Source: Felis catus
Taxonomy: Eukaryota
Assembly: GCF_018350175.1 (NCBI RefSeq)
Contig: NC_058368.1
Span: 219,978,001-220,042,000 of the forward strand
Direction: 5' to 3'
Length of the DNA: 64,000 nt
Below the pieces are notes generated by a model. That model worked only from the letters and a program-made list of their open reading frames with translations, ran no database searches and had not been told where the DNA came from. Within the stretch, counting starts at the first letter, position 1, and the number at the start of each line of letters is the position of its first letter. This document shows, piece by piece, positions 1 through 12,189 of this stretch. The translations under genes were made by a program, and so were the position numbers.

Positions 1-63
1 GTCACCTGGGTTGTTAGGGCTTCAACATATACACTTTGGGGGGATACAATTCAGTTCATAGCA
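1..63 (-). mobile_element. MLT1 (ERVL-MaLR) LTR, 5' end; continues beyond the window edge
   Basis: Reverse complement TGCTATGAACTGAATTGTATCCCCCCAAAGTGTATATGTTGAAGCCCTAAC resembles the MLT1 start and the copy at 1080. Confidence 0.75.
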
Positions 64-1079
64 AAGGTAACATGCAAAAATACCATGTTAAAATTGAGGT
101 ACATTTATTATTAGATAAATCTTGTTTATTTTGGTGGAGACAGGAAGCAATGGCAAAGTAATAAGAACACAATTACCTACATTCCTATTCACAGGGGCAA
201 ATGCTCAGTTATGGCAAGTGTCATTATGGTCAGAGTTCTGTAAATGTTGATTCTACACTACAGCAATATTTTTATCATAAAAAACTTTACCAAAACATTA
301 TTTTAAAAGCTTTAAAATATAATCAATGAATGCATGATTAAAAAATATTTTTGGGGGGTAACAGACCTAAATGACAATACATACATTTTTCATCTTTCTT
401 CAGTCTAATCTATATCTTGTTTTCCCACAAGTCAAGGGTACATTAATGCAATATATCAGGTTCTTCCCAGTAACTATTCCCATATTCTCTTTATGTCAGA
501 GCCCCTCAGTGTACCCAGCACCAATAGTTGCCACAGATGGGTCCCATGTGACCCAAAGTACATATCCACTCAGTGCTTGAGCTTCTGGGTAAGCTCTGGG
601 CATATTGGACCTCTTGTTGAAAATAGTACTCTTATTTATTCCAGGAAATACTTGTTTTTCTATGGTGTTAACAGGATAAACTATTCTGGATTATACATTG
701 ATTGAGTACTGAGTCTACCCTCAGAAAGTCCACAACCATCAATCTTGATATCAGGAAGACCATTCTCCCACTGACTTCTCAAGCAATTGCTTAACACAAT
801 TGCCGTATTACCCAACCCAAAGTTTGTGGCCCAGTTCAAAGATGGATCAGGCAGTTTTTCTGCAGTGGCTCTTCTGGCTCTATTTCAAAATGGCTCCAGT
901 CATGTCAATTTTTCACAGATGAACGTATTTGTGAGCAAAAGATACTCAGTGTTTCACACGCCTTATTAAATCAAACTTCGCAGAGTAAGTGGATAAAGAT
1001 ATAAAAGTTTTCAAGTAAATGGCACAAATTACAAGACTTTTTGTTTTTGTTTTTAAGTTGTGTCAATTCATGCCCCCAC

Positions 1080-1456
1080 TGTTATGGGCTGAAGTGTATT
1101 CCCCCAAAATTCTTATTGTGAAGCCCTAAAGCCCAACATGACTGTATTTGGAGACAGGGCCTTTAAGGAGGCAATTAAGGTTATATGATGACATAATGGT
1201 GGGCCCTATTCCCAAGGAACTGGTTTCTTTATAGGAAGAGGAAGAGACAACAGGAGTGTACATGCAAAGAGGAAAGGCCGTGTGTGGATACACTGAGAAG
1301 GAGGTCTGCAAACCAGAAAGAAAGGTCTCTAGAAACCAACCCTGCTGGTACCTTGATCTTGGACTTCTAGTCTCCACAACTGTGAGAAAATCAGTTGTGT
1401 GTTTCAGTCATCCAGGCTATGATATTTTGTTATGGCAGGTTGAGAAGACAAATACA
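1080..1456 (+). mobile_element. MLT1 (MLT1B-like) ERVL-MaLR solo LTR
   Basis: Starts TGTTATGGGCTGAAGTGTATTCCCCCAAAATTC, contains GTATTTGGAGACAGGGCCTTTAAGGAG and CACAACTGTGAGAAAAT, ends TTGTTATGGCAG...AATACA. Confidence 0.85.
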
Positions 1457-3109
1457 CTCATTAACAAATTAAGATTTTCATTCTCCCACATAGCTACCTG
1501 ATCCTGATTCAATTATTAAGAGAGAGAAACACAGAGAGAGAATGAAAAACAGGTTAAAATAAACAACTATAATATCTGTGAGAACATATAGTATCACACA
1601 CTATATGTGTGTATGTATGTGTGTGTGCTCATAGCAGAGTTTTCATTAAAAAAATATTTCAAATCAATTAATTATCATTAAGTTTAGCATCATTAAGTTT
1701 ACCTGCATGATTCCTGAATGGAGAGAGGTTGATTTCAACTATTACCTTTTCAATGCACACTGCAATCGCCACAGCTACTAGTATTTAAAGATCAGAGACA
1801 ACAACATAATTTTAGAGATATTCTGGGGGGAGTTAATGATTAAGTAAATAAAGAGCAGATTTTGAAGTGTGTTTTGTCAATAAAAACAGTTTAATATATT
1901 TCAGAAAGAGTGAATTGATTTTTCAAGAGATGAATAGCATTCTCAAAAGCTACCAGTAGATGGTGTGACAGGAGTAATCAAAATTGAGGAAACATCTATA
2001 TGTATTTTCTCAATAACCACTCTTTAACTGACCAGGAGAATTATTGTGTAATATTATAAATTATTTTAATATAAGTAAATGTCTATATAAAGTTTATCTC
2101 AATTAGCTCTACACTTCTCTACAATTACCAGAACTTATTCAAACAGACGACAAAAAGGATATAATACTTCATTTTTTTTCTTTTTCATTAAGTTCTATAC
2201 ACACATGTTTCAAAGTTTTCTTGCCTGTATGTACCTAATACTTCATGTAGAATATATGCATACTGTATATGCATCATTTTTTTTCTTTCAATGCAGCATA
2301 TCCACTTCTATAATTCTGTATTCATATAATCCATATCGGTCTATGAGAAAATATTATCATTATATTAATGCTTATAAATGCATTGCTAGAATTAAGTCAA
2401 ATAAGATATCTGTCATTTCTTTAGTGTCAATAATACAATGTTATTAGATACATATATCTGTATAAAGGATATATATATATATATATATATATACATACAT
2501 ATATATGTACATGTATGTAATTATAGACTTTGTGTCAGCTATGAATATTTCATGAATACATGTGACGAGTCTAAGAGGACCCCAGTGTAAAATCAAAATA
2601 ATGTGTGAAATATAGAACAACCTCTTGCACAACCAAATATTCTATATTGTGTGATCAAAGCCACAAAAATATCCTGTCTCCTCCATGGCCTGAAATAATG
2701 ACAATTATTCTTTGTGCTGTGTGCAGTAATCATGATTGTTTTTATAATAAAACTTTGTGTTTTTTAACTTCCTTTTTTTATATATATTCCCATTTTTTAG
2801 GATAATTCATTCATGAGGTGAACCTCCTCATTTCCCTAATGGGCCATTTTATAGATCACCTAAGATTTACACTGAAAGTATACACAAGGTTACTGATTGT
2901 GATGCTCAGAAATTTGTTCCAGTGTTACGCCTACCAACTCTTCTGTAGAATCACACTTCCTGCTTCTCTTCCGAAGTGTGGCCCCATGACCTGGTTTTGA
3001 CTCAATACTTTGTGAAGATTTATGAATCAGTATAGGAGTCACCATAATTTTTTTTTCCCCTGCAGGATTTGAACTTCATTGGTTGAATATTTATTAAGAA
3101 TATAGGACA

Positions 3110-3271
3110 GGGGCACCTGGGTAGCTCAGTTAGTTAAACGTCCACCTCTTGGTTTCAGCTCCGATCATGATGTCAGTTTGTGAATTTGAGCCCTGTGTCA
3201 GGCTCCACACTGACAGCTTAGAGCCTGCTTGGGATCCCCTCTCTCCCTCTCTCTGTCCCTCTCCTGCTTAT

Positions 3272-3315
<44 letters not shown>

Positions 3316-3464
3316 TAAATAAATAGGGTGCCTCAGTGGCTCAGTCGGCTATGCCCCCAACTCTTGATTTCAGCTCAGGTCATGATATCATGGTTTTGTG
3401 ACTTCAAGCTCCATGTGGGCTCTATGCTGACAGCGAATAGCCTGCTTGGAATTCTCTCTCTCTT

Positions 3465-3503
<39 letters not shown>

Positions 3504-3581
3504 GTCAAAATAAATAAATAAACTTAAAAAATAAACAAAAATAAATGAGTAAACCTAAAAAAAAAAAGAAAGAAAAGAAAA
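3110..3581 (+). mobile_element. Two Can-SINEs head-to-tail (second at ~3326 lies in the tail of the first)
   Basis: GGGGCACCTGGGTAGCTCAG and GGGTGCCTCAGTGGCTCAG heads, (CT)n and A tails; outer TSD AAGAATA(T/C)AGGACA at 3096-3109 and 3582-3595. Confidence 0.92.
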
Positions 3582-3639
3582 AAGAATACAGGACAATACC
3601 TGGTACATAGGAAGTACCTGACCAAGTGCTCACAATTCC

Positions 3640-3995
3640 CCATTACTTAACCACTCGCTTGGCTTGACTAACTTTAGTCAGGCTTCTGTCTTCCTCAGGC
3701 CCTAAACTGGGCATCCTAAGTTTCAGCCATGCCCCTTAACAGCTCATTCCCAGAATCTACTGACCACAGAAAGAAAGAAACATTTCCTGCGGAAGCATCT
3801 GATTTTGCCTCCTGCTCACCCAGACTGCTTGCTCTACTCCCTACAAAGTTCCTGCTGGTTTTGTTTCCCTCTGCCTATAAAACAAAAGCCTTTTCTCTGT
3901 TTAATTTTAAGACACCTGCAATCCTGAAGTCATAGTGTTCTCCCCATTGTAACAGCATTTCGAAATAAACTCTCTACTTGTCTGAGTCATGATTT
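3640..3995 (+). mobile_element. ERV1 solo LTR, MER34/MER39-like
   Basis: GCTTGACTAACTTTAGTCAGGCTTC near the start, TATA-like CCTATAAAAC at ~3875, AATAAA at ~3964. Confidence 0.6.
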
Positions 3996-4785
3996 ATCTT
4001 GGTTATTGTATGATTGTTTGCTATTGTTATCAACGTCTATAAAGATTATTCTATCCTTTGTATCTTTTAATATATTAATAAAGTGTGCTCATATATTTTC
4101 TAAAGTTGGCACACATTGATTTGTTTCTATAAACTTGAAAATATGATGCCAATGTGTTTCTCATTATATTTAATTAAATCTGTACCTAAAGAAGGAAAAA
4201 CATTTGAAATGGCTGGCATTCATTTATTTGCAATTTCATATGATTCAGCCTAAAACGTTGTTAAGTGAGAGCAGCCCATTTTTTTTATTTTTTTGCATTC
4301 ATATTCCCTGGTTGATGCTAGTTTATAAACTGAATTGTGAAATATCTAGTATTTGTGGTTGCTGTTGTTGTTCCTCTTAAATTACTTATAAGCATGAGAA
4401 ATAAAAATTTATTAAAATCCTGTTTGATCTTTCATGCATATGTCAGGAATATCTTGATACTGTGTTGGTCTTAACATATTAAAGTTTTCTACTTACTTTT
4501 GAAACAAATTGCAAGGCAATGTTAAGATTTCTTAACCAACTCTTATAATTCAGTTGGCTAAAGTTGTACATTTTATTACTATTGCTTTTTTGGAAACCAC
4601 ACATTACAACTCTCTTATAATAGTTATCACTAAATGTCTAACATAGAAATATGAATGCATTAATCACTAATACGTGGAACTAACTGCTCACCAGACAATA
4701 ATATTAGCATCCTTTTCTTTCTGTTACTCCAAACACCCTTTACAATTCATTGTTTGATATCATATTGGGTGGTGTTTTACATTCT

Positions 4786-5008
4786 TTTTTTTTTAATTTT
4801 TAATGTTCCTATTTATTTTTGAAGGAGAGAGAAAGACAGAGCATGAGCGGGGGATGAGCAGAGAGAGAGGGAGACACAGAATTCAAAGCAGGCTCCAGGC
4901 TCTAAGCTGTCAGCACGGAGCCCAATGCGGGGCCCGAACTCACGAACAGTGAGATTATGACCCGAGCTGAAGTGGGACGCCCGACTGACTGCACCACCCA
5001 GGCGCCCC
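4786..5008 (-). mobile_element. Can-SINE
   Basis: Poly-T, (AG)n, ends CACCCAGGCGCCCC. Confidence 0.92.
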
Positions 5009-5019
5009 TTTAAGATTTT

Positions 5020-5360
5020 GTTAAGGACAGTTTTAAGGTCACAGCAAAACTAAAGGGAAGATACCAAGATTTCCTTAAACCCTTGACTCCACACATGCAT
5101 AGCACCCCCCATCATCCACATCCCCCAACAAGTGGTACATTTGTTGCAATTGATGAATTTACACTGAAATATCATAATTACCCAAAGCCCATAGTTTACA
5201 TTAAGGTTCACTATTGCTGGTGTACATTCTATGGGTTTGGACAAATGTATAATTGAATGTAGCCACCATTATAATGCATAGAGTGATTTCACTGCCTTAA
5301 AAATCCTCTGTGCTCTACCTATTCATCTCCCAATCCCCAACCCTAGAAATCGCTGATCCT
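5020..5360 (-). mobile_element. Old L1 3' end (L1MC-like)
   Basis: GTGGTACATTTGTTGCAATTGATGAA...GTACATTCTATGGGTTTGGACAAATGTAT is typical of an antisense L1MC 3' UTR. Confidence 0.75.
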
Positions 5361-5399
5361 TTCTCCAGCTCATTTTATAAGGCCAAACTCAGGATTAGA

Positions 5400-5940
5400 T
5401 TTTATTACCTGCTTTAAATAGTGCTGATTTTTTTGTTTGTTTCTTGCAAATACATCAGTTACTTTGGATATGGTTGAATTTTTAGAATATTGCTATTATG
5501 ACTATACAGATGACTCTTAGACTATCCTTTATTGTAGCTTTCCTTTAGCACTATCCCTAAAGCATAATCTTTCTGGAGGGCCAGTACTTAATACCACAGG
5601 TGTTTAATGCAGTCTATCTTCCCTGATTAATCAAAACTTCTACATCTCAGAAGTTCAGTTTTTATTCCACCTAAAGATCCCTGTTAATCATACTTTTGCT
5701 GGTGTCTGGAGCTTTACTCCAAACGTACACAGCTTAGAATTTAGCCAAATACTCAAGAGGTTCTGTGGGCAGGCTTCTGGGGCTCTTCTTTGTTTAATCT
5801 CTCCTTTCTGGAACCTCTCTGTCCTCCAATTTGAGCTGCCTCAGTATTCCCAATCTCTAGCTCCTCAATTCACTGAGATTTTCTCCTCTGGATGGTGTCT
5901 GTAAGTGTCTCTGATTAGAAAAATAGGCACAGAGTTCATA
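5400..5940 (-). mobile_element. Ancient L1M 5'-region fragment (tentative)
   Basis: TTAGCCAAATACTCAAGAGG...TTCTGGGGCTCTT...GCTGCCTCAG resembles old L1 5' ends and the block at 50630-51040. Confidence 0.4.
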
Positions 5941-5949
5941 TGGTTTGTT

Positions 5950-6270
5950 TGCATATTCCCTTCATGCTATCTTCACCCATTTCCTTCATCCCCTACCCCT
6001 AGAAACTGCCAATCTACTCTGTTTCTGAAGATTTTTTTATTCCACTTATACATGAGATCATACAGTATTTGTTATTCTCTGTCTGACTTATTTCACTTAC
6101 ATAATGCTGAATAAATTCTGGGGAATCTAATGTACAGCATTGTAACTACAGTCAACAATATCATATTGTTTACTTGAAAGTCACTAAGAGAGTAAGTCTT
6201 AAAAGTTATCAACACATAAACGATATTATAATATATGTGATGTGATGGCTGTATTAACTACCCTTAATTT

Positions 6271-6319
<49 letters not shown>

Positions 6320-6380
6320 CATGTTGTATACTTTAAATTACATGGTGTTAGATGTAAATTACATCTCAATAAAGCTGGAA
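5950..6380 (+). mobile_element. Short L1 3' end (L1MA9/L1_Carn-like) with 5' inversion
   Basis: 6110-6380 is sense L1 3' UTR ending CTCAATAAAGCTGG; 5950-6107 is the antisense of the segment immediately upstream in L1; internal (TA)n at 6274-6317. Confidence 0.8.
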
Positions 6381-6384
6381 ATAG

Positions 6385-7650
6385 AAACCAACAAATCTAC
6401 ACTTGATAAGGAGAGATAATAGGCTTTTATTTAAACTGGGAAAATAGGGGTGGAAAATCGGAGCTGGAATTGTACACAAAAGTTCTTTTTTCAAGAGTCT
6501 TTAAAAAATAGGTCTGAGGCCTTCAAGTGCTTCTGCTCTCAAAGTTTAAGGGTCTGGAGGGGTGCGGTGGGGACTATTTCTTTTTCAAGTGCTCTTCTTC
6601 TCAATACATTTTATGAAACCCAAATGGACTCAGAACTACGAATTTGTGTATTCTGAATGTGGAAACTGTCTAGGACTTGGAGAGCTGTGAAAAGGGCCAG
6701 AAAACTGAGTTATCTATCAGAACTGTTTTGGGGAACAGTGGCAGGGATGGGGGAGTCCAGGATTTCTAGGATTATTCCTTTAGGGTGAACATTAAATATC
6801 ACACTCCAATTATTAAGTAAATCTCTTCCTCATAGATTAACAGGCCTTAAAAACCTATGTTGGGCTTTGTGAGGTTGAAGAGATACAGAAAATAGTTTAG
6901 AAAGAGTGAAATCAAATTGTAAGTTTTCTGATCCCATCAGAGATTGTTTGTCTACTCTGAGGGATTACGGTGGGATAATGTGTGGTGTTAAGGGTGGTGC
7001 AAGTTGTTTAAGGGTCCATCGGAAAGGTCATAGAGTGCTCATCAACTAGGATTATTACTTCACCCAGTGTGTTTAAAGGTCTTGGAGGCCTATGGAAGCA
7101 GATCCTTCAGAGAGATCATTGAGACTTTAAAGTTTGTTGGATTCATTTTCTTTCTGGACAAACTTTAGCTAAATTTACTGTTTCCTTGCAATATCTAGGG
7201 CTATACCAGTCCATGTAGGGACTGAAAATGTAGGGAGGTCAAGGGAAGGTTGAAGGTCTGGAAATGGATTTGAAGGATTTGAGGGATAAGAAAAGGGAAC
7301 AAGGAAGCTGGGAGTGCATCTGAGGTTGGAGTATGTAAGAAAGCAATAGTTGAGAAGACAAATTAGCCCTGAGACTTTCAATAAGCTCAGATAAATATAT
7401 TGAAATTACTGCATTGGCTGATTAAGTTTAGACAGATAAGGTTACTTTTCAGCCTCCATATACCATGAGAAATAAGCAAACCATTGATTAGAAGGGAGGT
7501 CCTAACAATGCTAAAGAAGCCATTTTATTTCTAAATTATCTTTAGTGAAGTTGATATTTTTACAGATATTAACATCATTAGTACTATAATTGTAGAACAT
7601 ACAGTCAGTGGCAGAAGGGGAGAGAAGGTGCATGGAGAATTTCCCACAGA
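6385..7650 (-). mobile_element. Degraded class I (ERV1) endogenous retrovirus internal region, gag-pro-pol with stops, frameshifts and deletions
   Basis: Manual minus-strand translation: (V)GNSPC at 7647; TKDNLEIKW (matrix-like, ~7520-7550); LLINGL (~7490); RYCKETVNLAKVCP (decayed CCHC knuckle, ~7155-7197); GEVIILVDEHSMTFPMDP*TTCTTLN (decayed DTGA protease site, ~6990-7065); PVNL*GRDLL (6815-6844); EALEGLRPIF*RLLKKELL, TPIFPV and RFV (RT N-terminus, ~6390-6535). Confidence 0.8.
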
Positions 7651-8343
7651 TAATTAAGTCCAAGTCCTTAAGGAGACATGAGCCAATCCCATTCAATTCC
7701 CTAGTACAATCCCATCACCAGGGAGCCAAGGAGCCAAGAACATTCACCCAGACAATTCTTAGCCTGGAGAGATTAAGAAAAGCAGAAGAGGCACAAAAAG
7801 GCCAAGGAAAAGTCTCTTTGCCTGAAGGAATCAAAATAATTCCTTCCACATTTCAACCAACAAGACGTCTATAGCAATGGTTTGTGAGTTTAACTCACCA
7901 AAGGATCCCTGACTTACTGAACAGGAGAAAAGTTCAAATGACTTACAGATGGTAGAGGTTTGTAGGTGAGGTCCAATCTTGATCACAGTTACAGGACTAG
8001 AAAACTGCCAAATCAAACCAAACCTGGAATTAATAAGAAGAGATTTTATTTTAACAAGAAGAATGCTCAAACCAAAAGATCTGCAAGCATATTAAACATC
8101 AGGCAAAGAAGCACTTTTCTCTTATATTGGGGATAAAGCAAGGGTATAAAGAACCAAGTTCAGGGATTGGGACAGGAAATATTTTCTGATAGCCTGTTGA
8201 TACTTGGTAGGGCAGCTCTGCCTTGCAATTCTACTTAGGGCTAAAGATTGGCCAATGTTCAGTATCTTTTGCATCCTTATGTACAGAATATAAGCTAAAG
8301 TGAGGTAAATATAAATTCTGAAGGCCAATCAGTGCATCTTGGA

Positions 8344-8761
8344 TGTGTTACTCAAGGTTCTCTAGAGAAACAAAACATGAAGAAGTATATAGAGAGAAAT
8401 AGATTTATTTTACAGAATGGTCCCATGTGATTATGGAGGCTGGCAAAGTCCAAAATCAGCCGAGTGGGCCAGCAGGCTGGAGAACCAGGGAAGAGTTGAT
8501 GTTACAGTTGAAGGCTGAAAACCATCTGCTGGCAGATTTATCTTTCTTGTTTGGGGGAGGTCAATCTTTTATTCTATTCAGATATTCAATTGATTGGATG
8601 AGGCCCACTGAAATCATCGTGGGCAGTCTGCTTTATTCAAAATTCATAATTTCAATATTAATCTCACCCAAAACATCCCAAAAGAAACATCTAGACTAAT
8701 GTTTGACCACATATGTGGACACCATGGCCCAGCCAAATCTGATACATAAAATTAACCCTCA
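8344..8761 (-). mobile_element. MLT2 (ERVL) solo LTR
   Basis: TGTGTTACTCAAGGTTCTCTAGAGAAAC...GATTGGATGAGGCCCAC...CATAAAATTAACC is the antisense of the MLT2 pattern. Confidence 0.85.
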
Positions 8762-8807
8762 GAATAGATGTGAAGATTTTTCTTGCCAGTCTCTCTTCCC
8801 TAATGCA

Positions 8808-8996
8808 GTGTGACTCATACAGTAATGTACATAGGATCATCTGGGATATCACTTATATAGATAGAATTCTAGACACTTCTGTTTAGTATTCTACTTCATT
8901 AAACCTCAGGTAATGGACATGAATTTACAATTTTTGCAGTCCCCCAGGGGGAATAGAGATAAATGCAGTCATGCACCTTTCTTTGAAAAACAATGT
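8808..8996. mobile_element. hAT-Charlie MITE, MER5-like
   Basis: CAGTG...GGATCATCTGGG...TCCCCCAGG...CTTTGAAAAACAATG, about 190 bp. Confidence 0.55.
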
Positions 8997-9599
8997 TAGT
9001 GATTTTCTTCTGACATTCAGTGTTTAATTAATGCTTTATGAAGTCATGGGGATTTTAAGCACCTGCAATTGCTCAGCACAGTCATGTTTAATAGTCTGGA
9101 AATAACATGTCATGATCTGTAATATTTTTTGAATCCATTAGTTTCTTTTATTTTCTTTCATCACTAATTTACTAGGTTCATTACGCTTACATTTTTTACA
9201 ACTCTGTGTAGTAAGACTTATTAAATGTGAACCCTAAACATCATCCCCTGTAGATATTCCTTTAACTGCCTTATTTATTCAGTGTTCAGTTAAGATTGCC
9301 AGTGAATTAGCTGCATGATGATACCAAAATAATTTCACAATTTGCTCACTAGAACATATATGCCTGTTTTACAAAATAGATGCATAAAATTGTCTATCCA
9401 ATTAAAACTAAAAATAGAAATAAAAAGTTTAAAATTGAAAATATATATATACCTATGTTAATTAAAACAATGTAAAATATTTATATTTATTTTAAAAATT
9501 ATTAGAAAAATGTACATTAATTTAACAAAGTACTCAGTGGTTTAGGTTACCATACACATAAAGGAGTAATTTTTAAGTGTTCTTAAAAAAATTTTTTTA

Positions 9600-9820
9600 G
9601 GGGCGCCTGGGTGGCGCAGTCGGTTAAGCGTCCGACTTCAGCCAGGTCACGATCTCGCGGTCCGGGAGTTCGAGCCCCGCGTCAGGCTCTGGGCTGATGG
9701 CTCGGAGCCTGGAGCCTGTTTCCGATTCTGTGTCTCCCTGTCTCTCTGCCCCTCCCCCGTTCATGCTCTGTCTCTCTCTGTCCCAAAAATAAATAAAACG
9801 TTGAAAAAAAAAATTTAAAA
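9600..9820 (+). mobile_element. Young felid Can-SINE (SINEC_Fc-like)
   Basis: CpG-intact GGGGCGCCTGGGTGGCGCAGTCGGTTAAGCGTCCGACTTCAGCCAGGTCACGATCTCGCGG; flanked by A7T7-8A duplication. Confidence 0.95.
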
Positions 9821-9827
9821 AAAAAAA

Positions 9828-10040
9828 TTTTTTTTAATGTTTTATTTTTTGAGAGAGAAAGAGAGAAAGACAGAGCATGATCCAGAGAGGGGCAGAGAGA
9901 CAGGGAGACAGAATCTGAAGCAGGCTCCAGGCTTCGAGCTGTCAGCACAGAGTCCAATGCAGGGCTCGAACCCATGAACCGTGAAATCATGACCTGTGCC
10001 AAAGTCGAACACTTAACTGACTGAGAAACCCAGGAGCTCC
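9828..10040 (-). mobile_element. Can-SINE whose tail is interrupted by the SINE at 9600
   Basis: Antisense SINE body; outer TSD AGTAATTTTTAA at 9565-9576 and 10041-10052. Confidence 0.92.
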
Positions 10041-10791
10041 AGTAATTTTTAAATATTAAATTGCTTTAATTGCCAGCACATGGACATTTAAGACAATGAC
10101 CTGTAATAAATATAAAGATATAGTATCTAGTTATTTGGTAAAATTTCTAAACCTTAACAGTCCCTGTTGTATCTGAATAGTTACAATGTATGTGCAGCAT
10201 ACATAAAATAATGATCATCGTATTTTCAGCAAAACAATATTGGGTGCTATAAGACAATAGAGGGATGCCATCAAGTTTTGAGTACAAATTATTTATCAAG
10301 TATGAAAACAATGCATGTCCTTGTACCTGTGCATGCACACTAACAAACAACACTCATATACACTTTTTTAAGTAAATTAATCAATAATGAGTTCCAGAAA
10401 AGAGAAACTAACATAAGGAAAATTTATGATTCAGGAAATAGTGGCTTATATTATTAACAAAATGGAATAAAGTGTCAAAAATATTAATTATGACAAAGAA
10501 GTATATTTTATTTAATTTATTTTTAAGTGTATGTACTTTATAGTGATAAATTGCAAAGCACTGTAAACTTTTATGCGTTAAATAACAGAGTATCAATCTT
10601 TTAGTTAATGCCTCCTATTTTTCAGAGAAAAGAGGAATTTTTAAACAGTAATTTCCTCAACTGTCCACCACCAAAGTAACAGACATCCTCAAATGTTTTT
10701 TTAAGTGGATGAGTGTTTTATTTCTATCTGAATCAATTTTTTTCTGTGTAATGAATTTCATTACTTCCAAATTCTAAGGAAATATTCACTA

Positions 10792-10842
10792 TTTTTTAAA
10801 CATTTATTTATTTATTTATTGACAGAGAGAAGGAGAGAGAGT

Positions 10843-10898
<56 letters not shown>

Positions 10899-11022
10899 CA
10901 AGCAGGCTCCATACCGTCAGCATAGAGCCCAGTAGAAGGCTCAATCTCATGAACTGTGAGATCATGACCTGGGCCAAAGTCAACAGTCAGATGCTTAACC
11001 AACTAAGCAACCCAGGCACCAC
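10792..11022 (-). mobile_element. Can-SINE with long (AG)n
   Basis: Antisense body ending CCCAGGCACC; imperfect TSD GAAA..TTCACTA. Confidence 0.9.
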
Positions 11023-11497
11023 TGAAACCTTCACTACTGATTGTCCTTTTCCATATATAATTTCTAAATCACCGTCCCCACCAGATCTTTCACATCTGCA
11101 TTTCGATATGTTGTGCTCTGGTTAATTTCAAAGATTAAGTAACTTTACATCAGATAAAATTCAACTTCTTTGTCCCCAATTTTTTTTCTATATCTAATAC
11201 TAAACTCGCCCTTCATTAGAAAAAGTACATGAACTAGTTCTATTTTCAAAATCTTCAATTCAGTTTAATTTGGCTCATGATCTTACCACTTAAGTTACAC
11301 TGTTTTCTAAAGCAGTTTTTATCTTAAAACACATATAAGCAAAACTCAAAGAATTTGCATTATCTATTAAATAAATTGTTTCATTTGTTCATAGGTAGAT
11401 ATAGATTTTTGAATTTGCTTCTAAATCTGTATCAATAAATTAAAACTATCTTCCTGATATATCAACTGAACATAATATAAAATTAAGTAATCCATTT

Positions 11498-11711
11498 AAA
11501 AAAAATTAATGTTTCTATTTATTTTGAGACAGAGAGAGACAAAGCATGAGCAGGAGAGGGGCAGAGAGAGAGGGAGACACAGAATCCGAAGCAGGCTTCA
11601 GGCTCCGAACTGCCAGCACAGAGCCCGACACGGGGCTTGAACTCACAGACTGTGAGATCATGACCTGAGCTGAAGTTGGACGCCCAACCGACTGAGCCAC
11701 CTAGGTGCCCC
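11498..11711 (-). mobile_element. Can-SINE
   Basis: TSD AAGTAATCCATTT at 11485-11497 and 11712-11724. Confidence 0.93.
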
Positions 11712-12189
11712 AAGTAATCCATTTTAAAGTCACCTAGAAAGTAATTGTTTTCTAATATATGGGTTAAGGCAGATTAGATTTATTTGAAGAACTTATATGT
11801 CTTTGTACATCTAAAATCTTGTATATTTAAATATATTTGTATACTGACTTATTTTACATTTTGGTTATATTAATAGAGTTTTAGGCAATAATATATTAGA
11901 AAGTTGCACATCCTATTTTACCTCTAATATGGGTTGATTTATTATTTAAAAATAGTATCTATAGTAGAGAAACACAGCAAACATTTCTACGGGTAATAAT
12001 TGTTAACTTCACTAATATGTAATGTATATATCATGTAGCCCCCATACAAATGTGATCAGGGCATTTAATCTTTGTTTTACTTTTTCCAAAAATCTAAAAT
12101 TCTAGTATAAAAACATGAAAAAAATAGCCCTAGTTATGATGACGTTTATACCTGGTCTACAAACATCAAGATTGTAAAGATTATGAAAA

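Noticed and set aside
3110..3200. tRNA-like A/B boxes at SINE heads
   Set aside because: tRNA-derived SINE heads, not tRNA genes
3640..3995. LTR as the possible 3' LTR of the ERV relic
   Set aside because: It is on the + strand while the internal region is on the - strand, and unrelated L1 sequence lies between them
9682..10002. 106-aa ORF and similar ORFs at 11515, 21452, 45134, 46413, 52308, 57719 and 58769
   Set aside because: All are translations of Can-SINE sequence (AQVMIS.., SLSLSL, RERERE)
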